From positions 4,235 to 68,234 of the forward strand of contig JACPOS010000030.1 in NCBI GenBank assembly GCA_016191395.1: 64,000 bases of DNA, given 5' to 3'. Positions within the stretch are counted from its first letter, which is position 1. Every line of letters starts with the position of its first letter. This DNA comes from Chloroflexota bacterium. Lineage in GTDB: Bacteria > Chloroflexota > Limnocylindria > Limnocylindrales > CSP1-4. The notes below the pieces were generated by a model. That model made no database searches. It was not told the origin of the DNA and saw only the letters and a list, made by a program, of their open reading frames with translations. Shown one piece after another: positions 50,952 to 61,262 of the stretch. The translations under genes were made by a program, and so were the position numbers.

Positions 50952-51975
50952 GCGTGGCGGCGTCGCCGCCGGGAACCGCCTCGAACTCGTCCTCGGGATT
51001 GCCGGCACCCACCTCGTCGCTCGCATCGACGCCGGCGAGGCGGCCGCGGGCGGTCACGATGATCGCGACCGCCGTGATGATCACGGCAGAGGCGATGAGC
51101 GTGCGGACGCTGATCGCCTCGTGCAGGAAGATCGTCCCGAGGCCCACCGCCACCACTGGGTTCACGTACGCGTAGGTACCGACGAGCGACAGCGGCGCGT
51201 TGCGCAGGAGCCAGGCGTACGCCGTGTACGCGAGCATGGAGCCGAACAGGATCAGGTAGATGACAGCGATGATCGACGCGGTGGAGACGGTGCCGGGGTT
51301 GAACGTGGCCGGCTCGCCGACGATCAGCGACTCGATCCCGGTGACTGCCGCACCAGCCAGCATCTGGAGGCCCGACGCGGTGAGCGGGCTGGGCGGCAGC
51401 TTCGCGCGCTGCACCGAGTAGATGGATCCATGCGCCCAGCCGAGCGGCGCGAGGAACAGGATGAAGATCCCGAGCGGGTCGAAGTGATTCGCGCCGTCGC
51501 CCGACGGCCAGATCAGCAGCGCCACGCCGCCGAACCCGATCGCGATCGCGGCCACCACGATCCGCGGGAGCCGCTGGCGGAGGTACAGCCAGCCCAGCAG
51601 GGCGAACCACAGCGGCATCATCCCGATGAGGATCGCGGCGATCCCCGACGGCACGGTCTTCTCGCCGAACACGACGAAGCCGTTGCCGATGCCGAGCAGC
51701 AGCCCGCCGACGATCGCGGAGTCGATGACCTCGCGGCGGGTGGGCAGGCGCCGCGCCTCGGGGTGCCGGAGGAGATCCCAGGCCAGGAGGATCAGGCCCG
51801 CGATCGCGAACCGGATCGCGGCCATGAGGAACGGCGGGATCGTCTCGATGGAGATCGCGATGCCGAAGTACGTCGAGCCCCAGATGACGTAGACGATCCC
51901 GAGGTTCCCCCAGAGGGCGAGCGAGCTCGGCCCGGACTTCGCGGCCCTGGTGGCCTTCGCGGGGGAACTTGGCAT
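50914..51975 (-). CDS. EamA/DMT-family transporter
   Basis: Start at internal ATG MPSSPAKAT (51975). 10 TM helices. Two EamA-like halves. The Arg/Pro-rich N-terminal extension of the 481-aa ORF is rejected. 3' end overlaps the convergent GMC gene by 38 nt. Confidence 0.8.
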   Translation of the reverse strand: MPSSPAKATRAAKSGPSSLALWGNLGIVYVIWGSTYFGIAISIETIPPFLMAAIRFAIAGLILLAWDLLRHPEARRLPTRREVIDSAIVGGLLLGIGNGFVVFGEKTVPSGIAAILIGMMPLWFALLGWLYLRQRLPRIVVAAIAIGFGGVALLIWPSGDGANHFDPLGIFILFLAPLGWAHGSIYSVQRAKLPPSPLTASGLQMLAGAAVTGIESLIVGEPATFNPGTVSTASIIAVIYLILFGSMLAYTAYAWLLRNAPLSLVGTYAYVNPVVAVGLGTIFLHEAISVRTLIASAVIITAVAIIVTARGRLAGVDASDEVGAGNPEDEFEAVPGGDAATLRPAAPPRSPSG

Positions 51976-52055
51976 AGTCTGATGGTCCAAGGTTCGGATA
52001 CTAGCGCAGATCCGGCCCGGGCGGCAGCCCCGCCGGAGGGCCTCAGGCGAGGGCC

Positions 52056-52865
52056 TCAGGCCACTCCCGCGAGGGAGACCGGCCGGCAATGCTTGCACGG
52101 CCGGTAACCGGCACTCGCCGCCGCGGCCAGGCTCGGGAAGTGCACCCGGTGCCGGTCCGTGACGCGCCGCGCGTCGCGGCATGTCGTGTGGCAGACGATG
52201 TGGGTCGTGTCGGAGCCCGTGTAGCGGTTGCCGCGCGCCGCCTCCGCCTCCAGCCAGCGCGTGTCCAGGCCCTCCGCCGCAAGGATCCGGCGCTTCGCGT
52301 CCGGCCCGCCCATGGAGTACTGGCCGATCATCCCGTCGCTGCGGACCACGCGGTGGCACGGCACGACGAGGGGGACGGGGTTGTGGGCGAGCGCCGTCCC
52401 GACGGCACGGACGGCCTTCGGCTTGCCGATCTCCGCGGCGATCCAGCCGTACGGCCGCACCTCGCCGCGCGGGATCTCCAGCGCCTTGGTCCAGACGGCG
52501 ACCTCGAACGGCGTGCGGCCGCGAAGGTCGAGGGGGATCCGGACCCGGCGGTCGCCGGCGAGCCGGCGGGTGATGGCCTGCCCGAGGTCATTCGGCAGCG
52601 CCTCGGCGGGCTGGATCTCGCGACCGACGGCCACCCGGAAGCGCAGCTCGAAGTCGTCGCGCTCGCCCGCTTTCGTGACCCACGAGACACCGCGGCCGTT
52701 CCACGCCACGAAGACCGCACCGAGCTCGGTCGGGATCGTCGCGTACCGGTCGGCGAGTCCGGCCTCGACCAGCGCGCCGTATCCGATGGATGCGGGGGCG
52801 GCGGACCGGAGGTCGCGGAGCGACGCGGCGAGGGCGTCATCGGAGAGGGGGAGCGTGGTGGTCAT
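52056..52865 (-). CDS. methylated-DNA-protein-cysteine methyltransferase (MGMT/Ogt) domain fused to a C-terminal Ada-type zinc-binding (methylphosphotriester sensor-like) domain
   Basis: MGMT active site PCHRVV plus DNA-binding helix RAVGTALAHNPVPLVVPCHRVVRSDG. C-terminal HIVCHTTCRDARRV...AGYRPCKHCRP matches the Ada_Zn_binding pattern (CRPSCRAR...GFRPCKRCQP). Start overlaps the ECF sigma stop (ATGA). Confidence 0.8.
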   Translation of the reverse strand: MTTTLPLSDDALAASLRDLRSAAPASIGYGALVEAGLADRYATIPTELGAVFVAWNGRGVSWVTKAGERDDFELRFRVAVGREIQPAEALPNDLGQAITRRLAGDRRVRIPLDLRGRTPFEVAVWTKALEIPRGEVRPYGWIAAEIGKPKAVRAVGTALAHNPVPLVVPCHRVVRSDGMIGQYSMGGPDAKRRILAAEGLDTRWLEAEAARGNRYTGSDTTHIVCHTTCRDARRVTDRHRVHFPSLAAAASAGYRPCKHCRPVSLAGVA

Positions 52866-53515
52866 CGAACGGCCTCCAGGGCGCGGAGCGGCTGGCCGGC
52901 GGAGGCCGGCGCGTGGATGGGGACGAGTGGCTCGGGCGCAACCTCGAGCATGGCGCGAAGCTCGCGAAGCCCGCGAAACACCTGCGCCTTGATCGTGCCC
53001 TCGGGCCGGCCGAGGGCCTGGGCGGTCTCCGCAAGGCTCAGGCCATCGATATGCCGGAGCACGATCGCGGTACGGACTGCCGGCGTGAGCCGCAGGAGCA
53101 GCGCCGCCAGCTCGCGTTGCGTCTCCCGCCGGGCTGCCGTGACGGCGGGCGCCGCGGCACCGTCGGACGGTGGGTCATACCCCGCGTCGAGCATCGGCTC
53201 GAGCGAGCTGGGCGGCTGTCGGTCATCGATGCGACGCCGGCGATTGCGCGCGAGGTTGACCGTGATGGACGCCAGCCACGGCCGGAGCCTGAGCTCGGCG
53301 ATCCGCTCGTGCGGGTACTCGTGCATGGCTCGGAACGCACGCACGAGCGCGTCCTGGGCGACCTCCTCCGCGTCGCGCCCATCGCCGAGGAGGCGGAGCG
53401 CGATCGTGTACAGGCGGTCCGAGTGTTCTGCGACGAGCGTCGGGAACGCCGCGTCGACGTCCCCGGCGAGCCGGATCGCGAGCGCGACGTCGGTGTCCAT
53501 CGAGTCGTTCAACAC
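52862..53515 (-). CDS. ECF-subfamily RNA polymerase sigma-70 factor
   Basis: 217 aa. Region 2 DAEEVAQDALVRAFRAM...WLASITVNLARNRRRR. Region 4 IVLRHIDGLSLAETAQALGRPEGTIKAQVFRGLRELRAML. Confidence 0.85.
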   Translation of the reverse strand: MLNDSMDTDVALAIRLAGDVDAAFPTLVAEHSDRLYTIALRLLGDGRDAEEVAQDALVRAFRAMHEYPHERIAELRLRPWLASITVNLARNRRRRIDDRQPPSSLEPMLDAGYDPPSDGAAAPAVTAARRETQRELAALLLRLTPAVRTAIVLRHIDGLSLAETAQALGRPEGTIKAQVFRGLRELRAMLEVAPEPLVPIHAPASAGQPLRALEAVR

Positions 53516-53567
53516 GGCGACCCGGGATTCGGTTTCGTGGGCGAACCCCGGGTCCCGCGCGCGGCGC

Positions 53568-53966
53568 CTACGAGGCCGTGATCGTGATCGTGCCCTTCAT
53601 GCTCGGGTGAACGGAGCAATGGAAGGGATACGTGCCCGCCTTCGTGAACACGAGGCTCTTGGAGCCGCCGCCCGGGATGTTGTCCTTCATCCCGCACGAC
53701 GAGTCGTCGAGCACGACCTTGTGTGGGACGCCGTCGTTGTTCGTCCAGGTGATGACGTCGTTGACCCTGGCGTTCACGGGCTGCGACCAGGTGTTGTCCT
53801 TGACGCTCGCCGCGACGACGGTCGTGCCGGTGGAGTCGTCGCATGGCTTGGCGGCGGCGGTCCCGCCGGGCGCCGAGGTCTGGGCGCTGCTTCCACCCGA
53901 GCACGCCGCAAGGAGCAGGGCTGCCGACAGGGCGGCGAGTCTGTGCATGGGGCGCATGGGGCGCAT
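53568..53966 (-). CDS. cupredoxin-like (plastocyanin/azurin family) blue-copper lipoprotein
   Basis: Start at MRPMRPMHRLAALSAALLLAAC SGG (lipobox). Type-1 copper ligands H...C..H..M in VPHKVV...YPFHCSVHPSMKG. The upstream part of the listed 184-aa ORF is judged spurious. Confidence 0.75.
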   Translation of the reverse strand: MRPMRPMHRLAALSAALLLAACSGGSSAQTSAPGGTAAAKPCDDSTGTTVVAASVKDNTWSQPVNARVNDVITWTNNDGVPHKVVLDDSSCGMKDNIPGGGSKSLVFTKAGTYPFHCSVHPSMKGTITITAS

Positions 53967-54040
53967 GGGTGTCCTCCTGGGGCAGATCGTGTGCGCGCCA
54001 CGATAGCGCGGCGGTCGCTGCTTCCTCGTATGGTTCGCCC

Positions 54041-54943
54041 GTGGGCGGCGTTCGGATCTTCGACACCGACCTTGCGCGCCGCCTCGTGCTCCACGAGGCT
54101 CGCGCCCAGCAGACGCCGGCACGCGAGCTGCGCGACCTCGGGGACGGCTGGCTGTTCCACGACCCCAACGATGCGGAGCCCTTCTGGAACCGGCTGATCG
54201 CGCCCTCGTGGCCTGCCGGCTACGCCGCGTTCGATCGGCGCCTGGACGAGGTCATCACCCTCTTCGCGACCCTCGGGCGACTGCCGCATATTCGCCCGCT
54301 GCCACTCGGCGGCACGCCGTCGGACATGGCCCAGCGCCTCTCGTCCGCGGGCTTCGAGACCCTGGGAGCGGACCGCCGCATGGTGCTGGTGCAGCACGGT
54401 GACGGGGACGCCCTGGTGGCTGCGATGACCTCGCGCGTGGAGCACGCGTTCGGCGGCGGCACGAAGGTGACCGTGAGCCGGCGCGAAACCCGGCGCGAGC
54501 CCGGCTCCCGCGGACCCGGTGCGGGTGGCAGGACGTGGGCGGAGCGCCGGCGATGGGCGGTCGACGCGTCGCTCGTCCTGGCGGACGCGTTCGGCGTTGA
54601 TGCGGATAGGCGCGTGGCGCTGGAGAACGACGTCCTCGCTTGCGTATCACGACCGGGCTGCTCTGTCCTGCTCGTGTCGGTGGCCGGTGTCCCGGCGGCC
54701 ATCGCACGACGGGCATCGACGGACGACGGCAGCTACCTCTCGTCCATCGGCACCAGGCCGGCGTTCCGCGGACGCGGTCTCGGCACGCTGGCGACGGCGC
54801 TCGCGGTCCGCGACGCGCTCCACGCCGGCAGCCCCGTCGTGCACCTTGCCGTGGAGGAGGACAACGATTCCGCGCTTCGCCTGTACGAGCGGCTGGGTTT
54901 CGCGACCGTTGGCGAGGCGGCGCCGGACCTGCTTCTCCGATGA
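54041..54943 (+). CDS. GNAT-family N-acetyltransferase (two-lobed)
   Basis: GTG start chosen to avoid antisense overlap with the cupredoxin gene. C-terminal GNAT motif A TRPAFRGRGLGTLATALAV..VVHLAVEEDNDSALRLYERLGF. Confidence 0.7.
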   Translation: MGGVRIFDTDLARRLVLHEARAQQTPARELRDLGDGWLFHDPNDAEPFWNRLIAPSWPAGYAAFDRRLDEVITLFATLGRLPHIRPLPLGGTPSDMAQRLSSAGFETLGADRRMVLVQHGDGDALVAAMTSRVEHAFGGGTKVTVSRRETRREPGSRGPGAGGRTWAERRRWAVDASLVLADAFGVDADRRVALENDVLACVSRPGCSVLLVSVAGVPAAIARRASTDDGSYLSSIGTRPAFRGRGLGTLATALAVRDALHAGSPVVHLAVEEDNDSALRLYERLGFATVGEAAPDLLLR

Positions 54944-55344
54944 CCCTGGACGAGCTCCTTGCCGATGCGGCCCGAATTCGGGACGCGGTCGTTCGCGAGG
55001 ACGCCACGCTCGCGGCCCTGCCGCTCGCGGCGATCGGTTGGGCGACGGTTGAGCACGAACGCGCCGAGCGAGAGCTCGAGGCCGCGCTTGGACCGGGGGC
55101 GCCCTGGCTGCCGCTGGATCGCGACCCCGCGCTTGGCGCCAGGCGGTGGGCACGCGCCGCTGTGGGCAGGTCCCCGGCCGTCGTCATCCTCGAGCCGGAC
55201 ACGGAGGGCCGCCTCGCCGCGTCCCTCGCCCGATTCGGCGAGGCGGTCGCGACGGTCTATCTCGGAACCGGTCCGGTGGGTCAGGGTCGGCTCATCCGTG
55301 GCGGCCATGCGTGGGGTCCGCACGTCGTGGTGCTCGCCCCATGA
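54940..55344 (+). CDS. hypothetical protein
   Basis: ATG overlaps the GNAT stop (ATGA). 134 aa (MTLDELLADAARIRDAVVREDATLAALPLAAIGWATVEHERAERELEAALG...). Stop overlaps the next start (ATGA). Confidence 0.45.
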   Translation: MTLDELLADAARIRDAVVREDATLAALPLAAIGWATVEHERAERELEAALGPGAPWLPLDRDPALGARRWARAAVGRSPAVVILEPDTEGRLAASLARFGEAVATVYLGTGPVGQGRLIRGGHAWGPHVVVLAP

Positions 55345-56549
55345 CCGATCCGTCCTTCCCGGTCCTGCGGCTGCGCCGCGCCGAGGGGCTCCTGGACCTG
55401 CCGTGGGAGCTGCCGCTCGCGGACTGGCCGGACGACCTCGCGTTCCGGCAGCTCGACGTGGGACCGTCCCGCCACCTGGTTCGCTTCCTCGTCGTGGATG
55501 GCGCCCTCGTCGCGCTGAAGGAGGAGCCGATCGACGTCGCGCGGCGCGAGTACGCGGTGCTGGGCCACCTGGAGCGCGTCGGGCTGCCGGCCGTCCTCCC
55601 GATCGGCATCGCGGAGCACGTGGCGCTCGGCAGCGCAATCCTCGTGACCGAGTACCTCGCGCATTCGCTCCAGTTCCGACGCCTCCTGGCCCGCTTCCCG
55701 CTTGGGCCCGGGCCATACCGCTCGCGCCTGCTCGATGCGATGGCGTGGCTGCTCGTGGACCTCCACCGCGGCGGCGTGTTCTGGGGTGACTGCTCGCTCG
55801 CCAACACCCTGTTCCGGCGGGACGGCGACCGGATCCAGGCGTTCCTCGTGGACGCGGAGACGAGCGAGATCCACCCGGAGCTGTCCGACGGCCAGCGCGC
55901 GTTCGATCTCGAGATCCTCGTCGAGAACGTGGGCTACGGCCTCGCGGACGTCGCCGCGCTGCAGGGCCGGCCGGAGGACTTCGACAACGCCGTCGACGCC
56001 GCGGAGGCCGTCCGCGAGCGGTATCGGGCGATCTGGCATGAGCTCCACCTGGAGCCGGCGCTGCCGGCCGGAGACCGGCACGCCATCCGGAGCCGGCTGC
56101 GGCACCTCAACGAGCTCGGGTTCGCGGTGGACGAGATCGAGGTCACGCCGCAGGACGCACGGTCGGAGGTCCGGCTCCGCGTGACGACCTCCAACCGTGC
56201 CTTCCACGCGCACGAGCTGGAGCGGCTGACCGGCGTCGTCGCGCTGGAGGGCCAGGCGCGACTCCTGCTGAATGACCTCCGCGAGCACGTGGCCTGGCTT
56301 CGCTACACGAGCGGCGAGCAGATCCCGGAGGAGCTCGGCGCGCGGCGATGGCGGCGCGAGGTCTTCGAGCCCGCGATCGCGCGACTCAGGCCCGCGATCG
56401 GGCAGCGGGATCCGCTCCAGGCGTACTCCGACGTCCTTGAGCACAAGTGGCTGCTGTCCGAGCGCGAGGGCCGCGACGTTGGCCTGGAACGGGCGATCGC
56501 CGCCTACCTGGAGGTCGGCGCGCCGGCGCCGGAGCCGCCGACTCTCTAG
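55341..56549 (+). CDS. DUF4032 domain-containing protein (Kdo/WaaP-like kinase fold family)
   Basis: 402 aa. Starts MTDPSFPVLRLRRAEGLLDLPWELPLADWPDD...VVDGALVALKEEP...LHRGGVFWGDCSLANTLF (kinase-like catalytic loop). Confidence 0.7.
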   Translation: MTDPSFPVLRLRRAEGLLDLPWELPLADWPDDLAFRQLDVGPSRHLVRFLVVDGALVALKEEPIDVARREYAVLGHLERVGLPAVLPIGIAEHVALGSAILVTEYLAHSLQFRRLLARFPLGPGPYRSRLLDAMAWLLVDLHRGGVFWGDCSLANTLFRRDGDRIQAFLVDAETSEIHPELSDGQRAFDLEILVENVGYGLADVAALQGRPEDFDNAVDAAEAVRERYRAIWHELHLEPALPAGDRHAIRSRLRHLNELGFAVDEIEVTPQDARSEVRLRVTTSNRAFHAHELERLTGVVALEGQARLLLNDLREHVAWLRYTSGEQIPEELGARRWRREVFEPAIARLRPAIGQRDPLQAYSDVLEHKWLLSEREGRDVGLERAIAAYLEVGAPAPEPPTL

Positions 56550-56570
56550 CAGTCGTTGCCGTGGTTGCGG

Positions 56571-57095
56571 CTACCAGCGCTCGCGGTGGAGGACGTCGGC
56601 GAGCGGTCGACGCCCGCCTGCCTTGGGCGGCCGTGTGAGGTCCTCGGGATCCGCCGGATAGCCGAACGAGAGGACGTAGCCGCACCAGCGGTCCTCCGGG
56701 TACCCGAGGATCTCCCGCGCCAGCGGCTGCTCGTAGACGGTTGCCGGGCAGCTGCCCACGCCGAGCTCCCAGGCCGCCAGCATCATGTTCTCGGCGGCGA
56801 GGCCGGCGTCCCAGACCAGCGACAGCGAGGCGCGGGGCGCCCTTGGATCCGGAGTTACGAGACCGACGGCAGCCGCCGCGCCCGCGACATGGCTGGCGAA
56901 CGGCCCGACTGACGCCAGGCGCTGCAGCGTCGCCCGCTCCTCGACGACCACGAAGTCCCAGCGCTGCGTGTTCTTGGAGCTGCCGGCGTGGCGGCCCGCA
57001 TCCACGATCTGCGACACGTGCTCCGGCGCGAGCGGACGGTCCGCGAAGACGCGGACCATGCGCTTTGTCCTGATCGCCGTCCAGACGGCGGTCAC
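56571..57095 (-). CDS. nitroreductase-family protein
   Basis: 174 aa. RMVRVFADRPLAPEHVSQIVDAGRHAGSSKNTQRWDFVVV is a typical nitroreductase N-terminus. Confidence 0.8.
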   Translation of the reverse strand: MTAVWTAIRTKRMVRVFADRPLAPEHVSQIVDAGRHAGSSKNTQRWDFVVVEERATLQRLASVGPFASHVAGAAAAVGLVTPDPRAPRASLSLVWDAGLAAENMMLAAWELGVGSCPATVYEQPLAREILGYPEDRWCGYVLSFGYPADPEDLTRPPKAGGRRPLADVLHRERW

Positions 57096-58207
57096 GCGGG
57101 CACCTCGGGCGCTGCCGCCCCACCCGTCTCCACCTGCTCCACCTTGGCGCCGCCGGCCATGCGGATGGCCTTCGCCAGGGTCCTGAGCCCGCCCTCGTCG
57201 GGCGTGATCGACGAGAACGGATGCTCCCGCTGCGGCAGCCGCGTCGCGGGCGTCGCGCGCGCGATCGTCTCCGCCTCGTCGGGAGCCAGGGGTCCCCCGA
57301 ACGCCTCGGTGAGGAACCGCGCGACCGCGCCGCGGTAGGCGGCGAACTCGTACAGCCAGCTGTGCTGGCCCCCGGGAACGGCAAGGACCTCGACGTCGGG
57401 CGCCGCGGGGTCGTCCTCACGGGCGCGCTGCGCCGCGTCCTCGAGCGTCGCGAGGTGGCTGAACGGCACCACCCGGTCGTCGGCGCCATGGATGAGCAGC
57501 ACCGGGCCTGCGTACTCGCCGATCGCGTGCGTCGCGGACACGGAGCGCACGGTGTGCCCGCGCGGAAGCAGGAAGACGTGGGTGGTCAGCCACGCGAGCG
57601 GCCATGCGAACGGACCGGGCAGCGGCAGCTTCGCGAGCCGGAACGTCTGGCGCGTGAGCCGATATGGATCCGCCGGCGTGGACGCGGCGACGACCGCGGC
57701 AACGCGAGGCTCGGAGGCCGCCGCCAGCAGCGCCCCGATCGCCCCCATCGAATGCCCCAGGATTCCGACCGCCGTCACGTCCGGCCGGGCCAGCAGCGCG
57801 CGCACGCCGGCGAGGGCGTCCTCGCCGAACTCGCCAGCCGTGAGCGGCAGCTCCTCCGGCGGATTCGCACCGTGGCCCCGGACGTCGAGCGTGAGGACGT
57901 GCACGCCGATCGCGTGGAGGATCAGCGCGTTCGGCAGCGTGCGGTCGCGAGCCGATTCCCAGCCATGGATCAGCAGGACCGCCGGTCCCGGCGCCCCGCC
58001 ACGAGCCGGAATCCACCAAGCGGGCAGGTCCACGCCGGCGGACGGGATCAGGAGCTCCTCGAAGGCGAGACCGAGCGCGCTCGGGTCGTCGGCCGGGGGA
58101 TGGCGGTGCGGGTAGCCCGCGCGTGCCTTGTACGCCTGCGCGAACCGCCACGCGGCGATGGGCCCCACGGTCAGCGCGGCGGTGAGGCCGACCTTCCGAC
58201 TCGTCAT
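57092..58207 (-). CDS. alpha/beta hydrolase (dienelactone hydrolase/peptidase S9-like)
   Basis: 371 aa. VLLIHGWESARDR, nucleophile elbow GHSMGA, HGADDRVVP. Start overlaps the nitroreductase stop. Confidence 0.8.
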   Translation of the reverse strand: MTSRKVGLTAALTVGPIAAWRFAQAYKARAGYPHRHPPADDPSALGLAFEELLIPSAGVDLPAWWIPARGGAPGPAVLLIHGWESARDRTLPNALILHAIGVHVLTLDVRGHGANPPEELPLTAGEFGEDALAGVRALLARPDVTAVGILGHSMGAIGALLAAASEPRVAAVVAASTPADPYRLTRQTFRLAKLPLPGPFAWPLAWLTTHVFLLPRGHTVRSVSATHAIGEYAGPVLLIHGADDRVVPFSHLATLEDAAQRAREDDPAAPDVEVLAVPGGQHSWLYEFAAYRGAVARFLTEAFGGPLAPDEAETIARATPATRLPQREHPFSSITPDEGGLRTLAKAIRMAGGAKVEQVETGGAAAPEVPA

Positions 58208-58215
58208 CGAGGCAG

Positions 58216-58929
58216 ATGGTACCGGGAGGGCCCCGCGGCGCCCCTCGATACACTGGCGACGTGCCCAAACGGAACCCTCATGATGTGCTCGGCGTGCCCC
58301 GCGATGCCGGGCAGGCGACGATCAAGGCGGCATGGCGCAAGCTCGCTCGCGAGCACCACCCGGATCTGACCCCTGGTGATCCCGCGGCCACCGAGAAGGC
58401 CACCCGGCGCATGGTGGAGATCAACCGCGCGTACGCGGAGCTCCGGGCCGGCTTCCCGGCCGGGGCCGACGGGGACGGCAAGCCCAAGGGACGCGGGACG
58501 TGGCCGCCGGAGCCGCCACCGACGCGCCCGGTGACCGGCCGGGTGGACACGACCGCGACGTTCCGGCCGCGCAACACCACCACGGGTCCGCGAATCCGCC
58601 ACGAGCCACAGCCGCCGGCGCCGTCGGATCGCCTGCGCCGCGAGCCACTCCGCGCCTCGCAGCCGAACGGGCCCCTGAGCCGCGGACGGCAGCGCGGGTT
58701 CCGACCGCCCGTGCCGCCCACCCTGGAGGAGGCACGCGCCTGGCCGATCGAGTTCGGCAAGTTCCACGGCCACTCGCTGGGCCAGGTCGCCGACTTCGAG
58801 CCCACGTACATCGACTGGCTGGCGCGCACGATCTCTCGTGACCCGGACCTCGTCGCCGCGGCGCGCGTCCTCCAGGACGACCTGGACGTCCGCGGGATCC
58901 TGCGGCAGCCGCGGCCGGCGCCCTCTTGA
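58216..58929 (+). CDS. J-domain (DnaJ-like) protein
   Basis: J-domain with HPD motif: DVLGVPRDAGQATIKAAWRKLAREHHPDL...EINRAYAEL. Alternative in-frame GTG start at 58261. Pro-rich low-complexity middle. Confidence 0.6.
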   Translation: MVPGGPRGAPRYTGDVPKRNPHDVLGVPRDAGQATIKAAWRKLAREHHPDLTPGDPAATEKATRRMVEINRAYAELRAGFPAGADGDGKPKGRGTWPPEPPPTRPVTGRVDTTATFRPRNTTTGPRIRHEPQPPAPSDRLRREPLRASQPNGPLSRGRQRGFRPPVPPTLEEARAWPIEFGKFHGHSLGQVADFEPTYIDWLARTISRDPDLVAAARVLQDDLDVRGILRQPRPAPS

Positions 58930-59561
58930 TCCTGCCCGGCGCCAGGAGGGCTGCGACGACCCTCGTCTTCGGCGTCCTCCTGGCGATCGTCGGCGCGGGC
59001 TGTGGCGCCCTTGGATCGGCGGCGACGCCGAACCCCTCCTGTCCCGCCGGTGATGTCCGCGCTCCGGGCACGCTGCCGGGCCTCGAGGCGCTCCTGCCAC
59101 GGGTCATGATCCAGCGAGCGCCGGACACCGTCGACTCGGGCTGGAACTGCACGGCGACGGCGCTCGGCTCGTACGTCGCCCATGGCGTGACGAAGCTGCA
59201 GTTCGCGGGCGCGACATGGGAGCAGCCCAACGGCGGCGGGATCGTCACCGCGATCCTTTCCCTCCCGTCCGGCCCCCTCGATGCCGCATGGGTCGAGGAG
59301 TTCTACACGGCCGGCGCGGTCGCGGGCAAGCAGACCGGCGCCGTCAAGACCGACCGGCCCACCTACCAGGTGGCGGGCCAGGTGTTCCGGCTGGAGACGA
59401 TCAACGACCTCTCGCTCCAGACCGTGGTCATCTGGCCGGCCGGACCGTACGTCCACGTCGTGATCGTCGCGACACAGGTCTCGCCCGATGCCGTCCGTGC
59501 GGACCACGACGATCGCGTCCGGATCGCCGTCGAGGTCGCGGCCGGCGTGCCGGTGAGGTAG
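58926..59561 (+). CDS. hypothetical lipoprotein
   Basis: Signal peptide with lipobox ([14 protein letters not shown]). 211 aa. Start overlaps the upstream stop (ATGA). Confidence 0.55.
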   Translation: MILPGARRAATTLVFGVLLAIVGAGCGALGSAATPNPSCPAGDVRAPGTLPGLEALLPRVMIQRAPDTVDSGWNCTATALGSYVAHGVTKLQFAGATWEQPNGGGIVTAILSLPSGPLDAAWVEEFYTAGAVAGKQTGAVKTDRPTYQVAGQVFRLETINDLSLQTVVIWPAGPYVHVVIVATQVSPDAVRADHDDRVRIAVEVAAGVPVR

Positions 59562-59581
59562 GCGGTGCTACTGTCCCGCCC

Positions 59582-61258
59582 ATGACCGACCCGATCGACT
59601 GGCAGGCTCGCAGGCGGGCGTGGAAGGTCGACCGACTGGACCCGGCCCTCGAGCGCGCGCCGGAGCGCCAGTCGGGCTTCCGGACCCTCGGCGAGATCGA
59701 CCTGGCGCCCGTCTACGGCCCGTGGGATCCGCGCGACGACGATCGGATCGGGCTGCCCGGCGAGGCGCCGTTCACCCGCGGCATCCACCCGTCCGGCTAC
59801 CGCTCGCGCCTGTGGACGATGCGCATGTTCGCGGGCTTCGGGGCCGCGGAGGACACGAACCGGCGGTTCAAGGACCTGCTCGCCGCGGGCCAGACCGGCC
59901 TGTCGATCGCGTACGACATGCCAACCCTGTACGGCTACGACACGGACGACCCCGAGGCGGAGGGGGAGTTCGGGACGTGCGGCGTCGGGGTCAGCTCCCT
60001 TGCCGACATGGAGGTCCTGCTCTCGGGCCTGCCGCTCGACAAGGTCTCGACGTCGATGACGATCAACTCGCCGGCCGCCCCGATCTGGGCGATGTACATC
60101 GTCGCGGCGGAGAAGGCCGGCTTCCCGCGGGCGGCACTCGAGGGCACCACCCAGAACGACATCCTCAAGGAGTTCATCGCCCAGAAGGAGTTCCTGTTCC
60201 CGCCGGAGCCGTCCATGCGCCTCGTGACCGACACGATCGAGTTCGGGACGAAGGAGATGCCGCGCTGGAACACGATCTCCATCTCCGGCTACCACATCCG
60301 CGAGGCCGGCTCCACCGCGGTCCAGGAGCTCGCGTTCACGATCGCCGACGGGATGGCCTACGTGGAGGCCGCGATCGAGCGCGGGCTGCGTGTCGACGAC
60401 TTCGCGCCGCGCCTGTCCTTCTTCTTCAACAGCCACAGCGACTTCTTCGAGGAGATCGCCAAGTTCCGCGCCTCGCGCCGGATCTGGCATCGCCTCATGA
60501 CGGAGCGGTATCACGCCGAGAACGAGCGCTCCAGCTGGATGCGCTTCCACACGCAGACCGCAGGCGTCTCGCTCACGCCGCAGCAGCCGCTCAACAACCT
60601 GACCCGCGTCGCGATCCAGGCGCTCGCCGCGGTCCTCGGCGGGACGCAGTCCCTGCATACCGACGCGTACGACGAGGCCCTGGCGGTCCCCACGGCCGAG
60701 GCCGCTCTCCTCGCGCTCCGCCAGCAGCAGGTCATCGCGGAGGAGACCGGCGTCACGGGCACCATCGACCCGCTCGGCGGCTCGTGGTTCGTGGAATCGC
60801 TCACCGACGAGGTGGAGCGCCAGGTCTGGGTGTACCTCGACGAGATCGACCGGCGTGGCGGCATGGTCGCGTCGGTGGTGGACGGCTACCCCCAGCGCGA
60901 GATCGCCGAGGCCGCGTACCGCTTCCAGCGTGAGTTCGACCTGCGCGAGCGCCGGATCGTGGGCGTGAACGCCTACGTCGACGACCGCGAGGTCACCACC
61001 GTGCCGGTGCTCCAGGTGCCGGCGGGCTCGCTCGAGGCGCACATGGCGCGCCTCGAACGCACGCGCAGGGAGCGGGACGGGAGCGCGGTGGAGGCGGCGC
61101 TCCGTGGACTGCGCGAGGCGGCCGCTCGATCCGGCTCGTCGGACTCGAACCTGATGCCGCACTTCATCCGCTGCGCGGCGGCCTACGCGACGCTCGGTGA
61201 CATGTGCAACGTCCTCCGCGGCGTGTTCGGCGAGTACCGCGAGCCGGTGGGGGTGTAG
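59582..61258 (+). CDS. methylmalonyl-CoA mutase-family catalytic (N-terminal, B12-independent part) subunit
   Basis: 558 aa. [41 protein letters not shown]...[11 protein letters not shown] are canonical MCM alpha/ICM large-subunit motifs. No C-terminal B12-binding domain. The listed ORF has a spurious N-terminal extension. Confidence 0.9.
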   Translation: MTDPIDWQARRRAWKVDRLDPALERAPERQSGFRTLGEIDLAPVYGPWDPRDDDRIGLPGEAPFTRGIHPSGYRSRLWTMRMFAGFGAAEDTNRRFKDLLAAGQTGLSIAYDMPTLYGYDTDDPEAEGEFGTCGVGVSSLADMEVLLSGLPLDKVSTSMTINSPAAPIWAMYIVAAEKAGFPRAALEGTTQNDILKEFIAQKEFLFPPEPSMRLVTDTIEFGTKEMPRWNTISISGYHIREAGSTAVQELAFTIADGMAYVEAAIERGLRVDDFAPRLSFFFNSHSDFFEEIAKFRASRRIWHRLMTERYHAENERSSWMRFHTQTAGVSLTPQQPLNNLTRVAIQALAAVLGGTQSLHTDAYDEALAVPTAEAALLALRQQQVIAEETGVTGTIDPLGGSWFVESLTDEVERQVWVYLDEIDRRGGMVASVVDGYPQREIAEAAYRFQREFDLRERRIVGVNAYVDDREVTTVPVLQVPAGSLEAHMARLERTRRERDGSAVEAALRGLREAAARSGSSDSNLMPHFIRCAAAYATLGDMCNVLRGVFGEYREPVGV

Positions 61259-61262
61259 GGCC

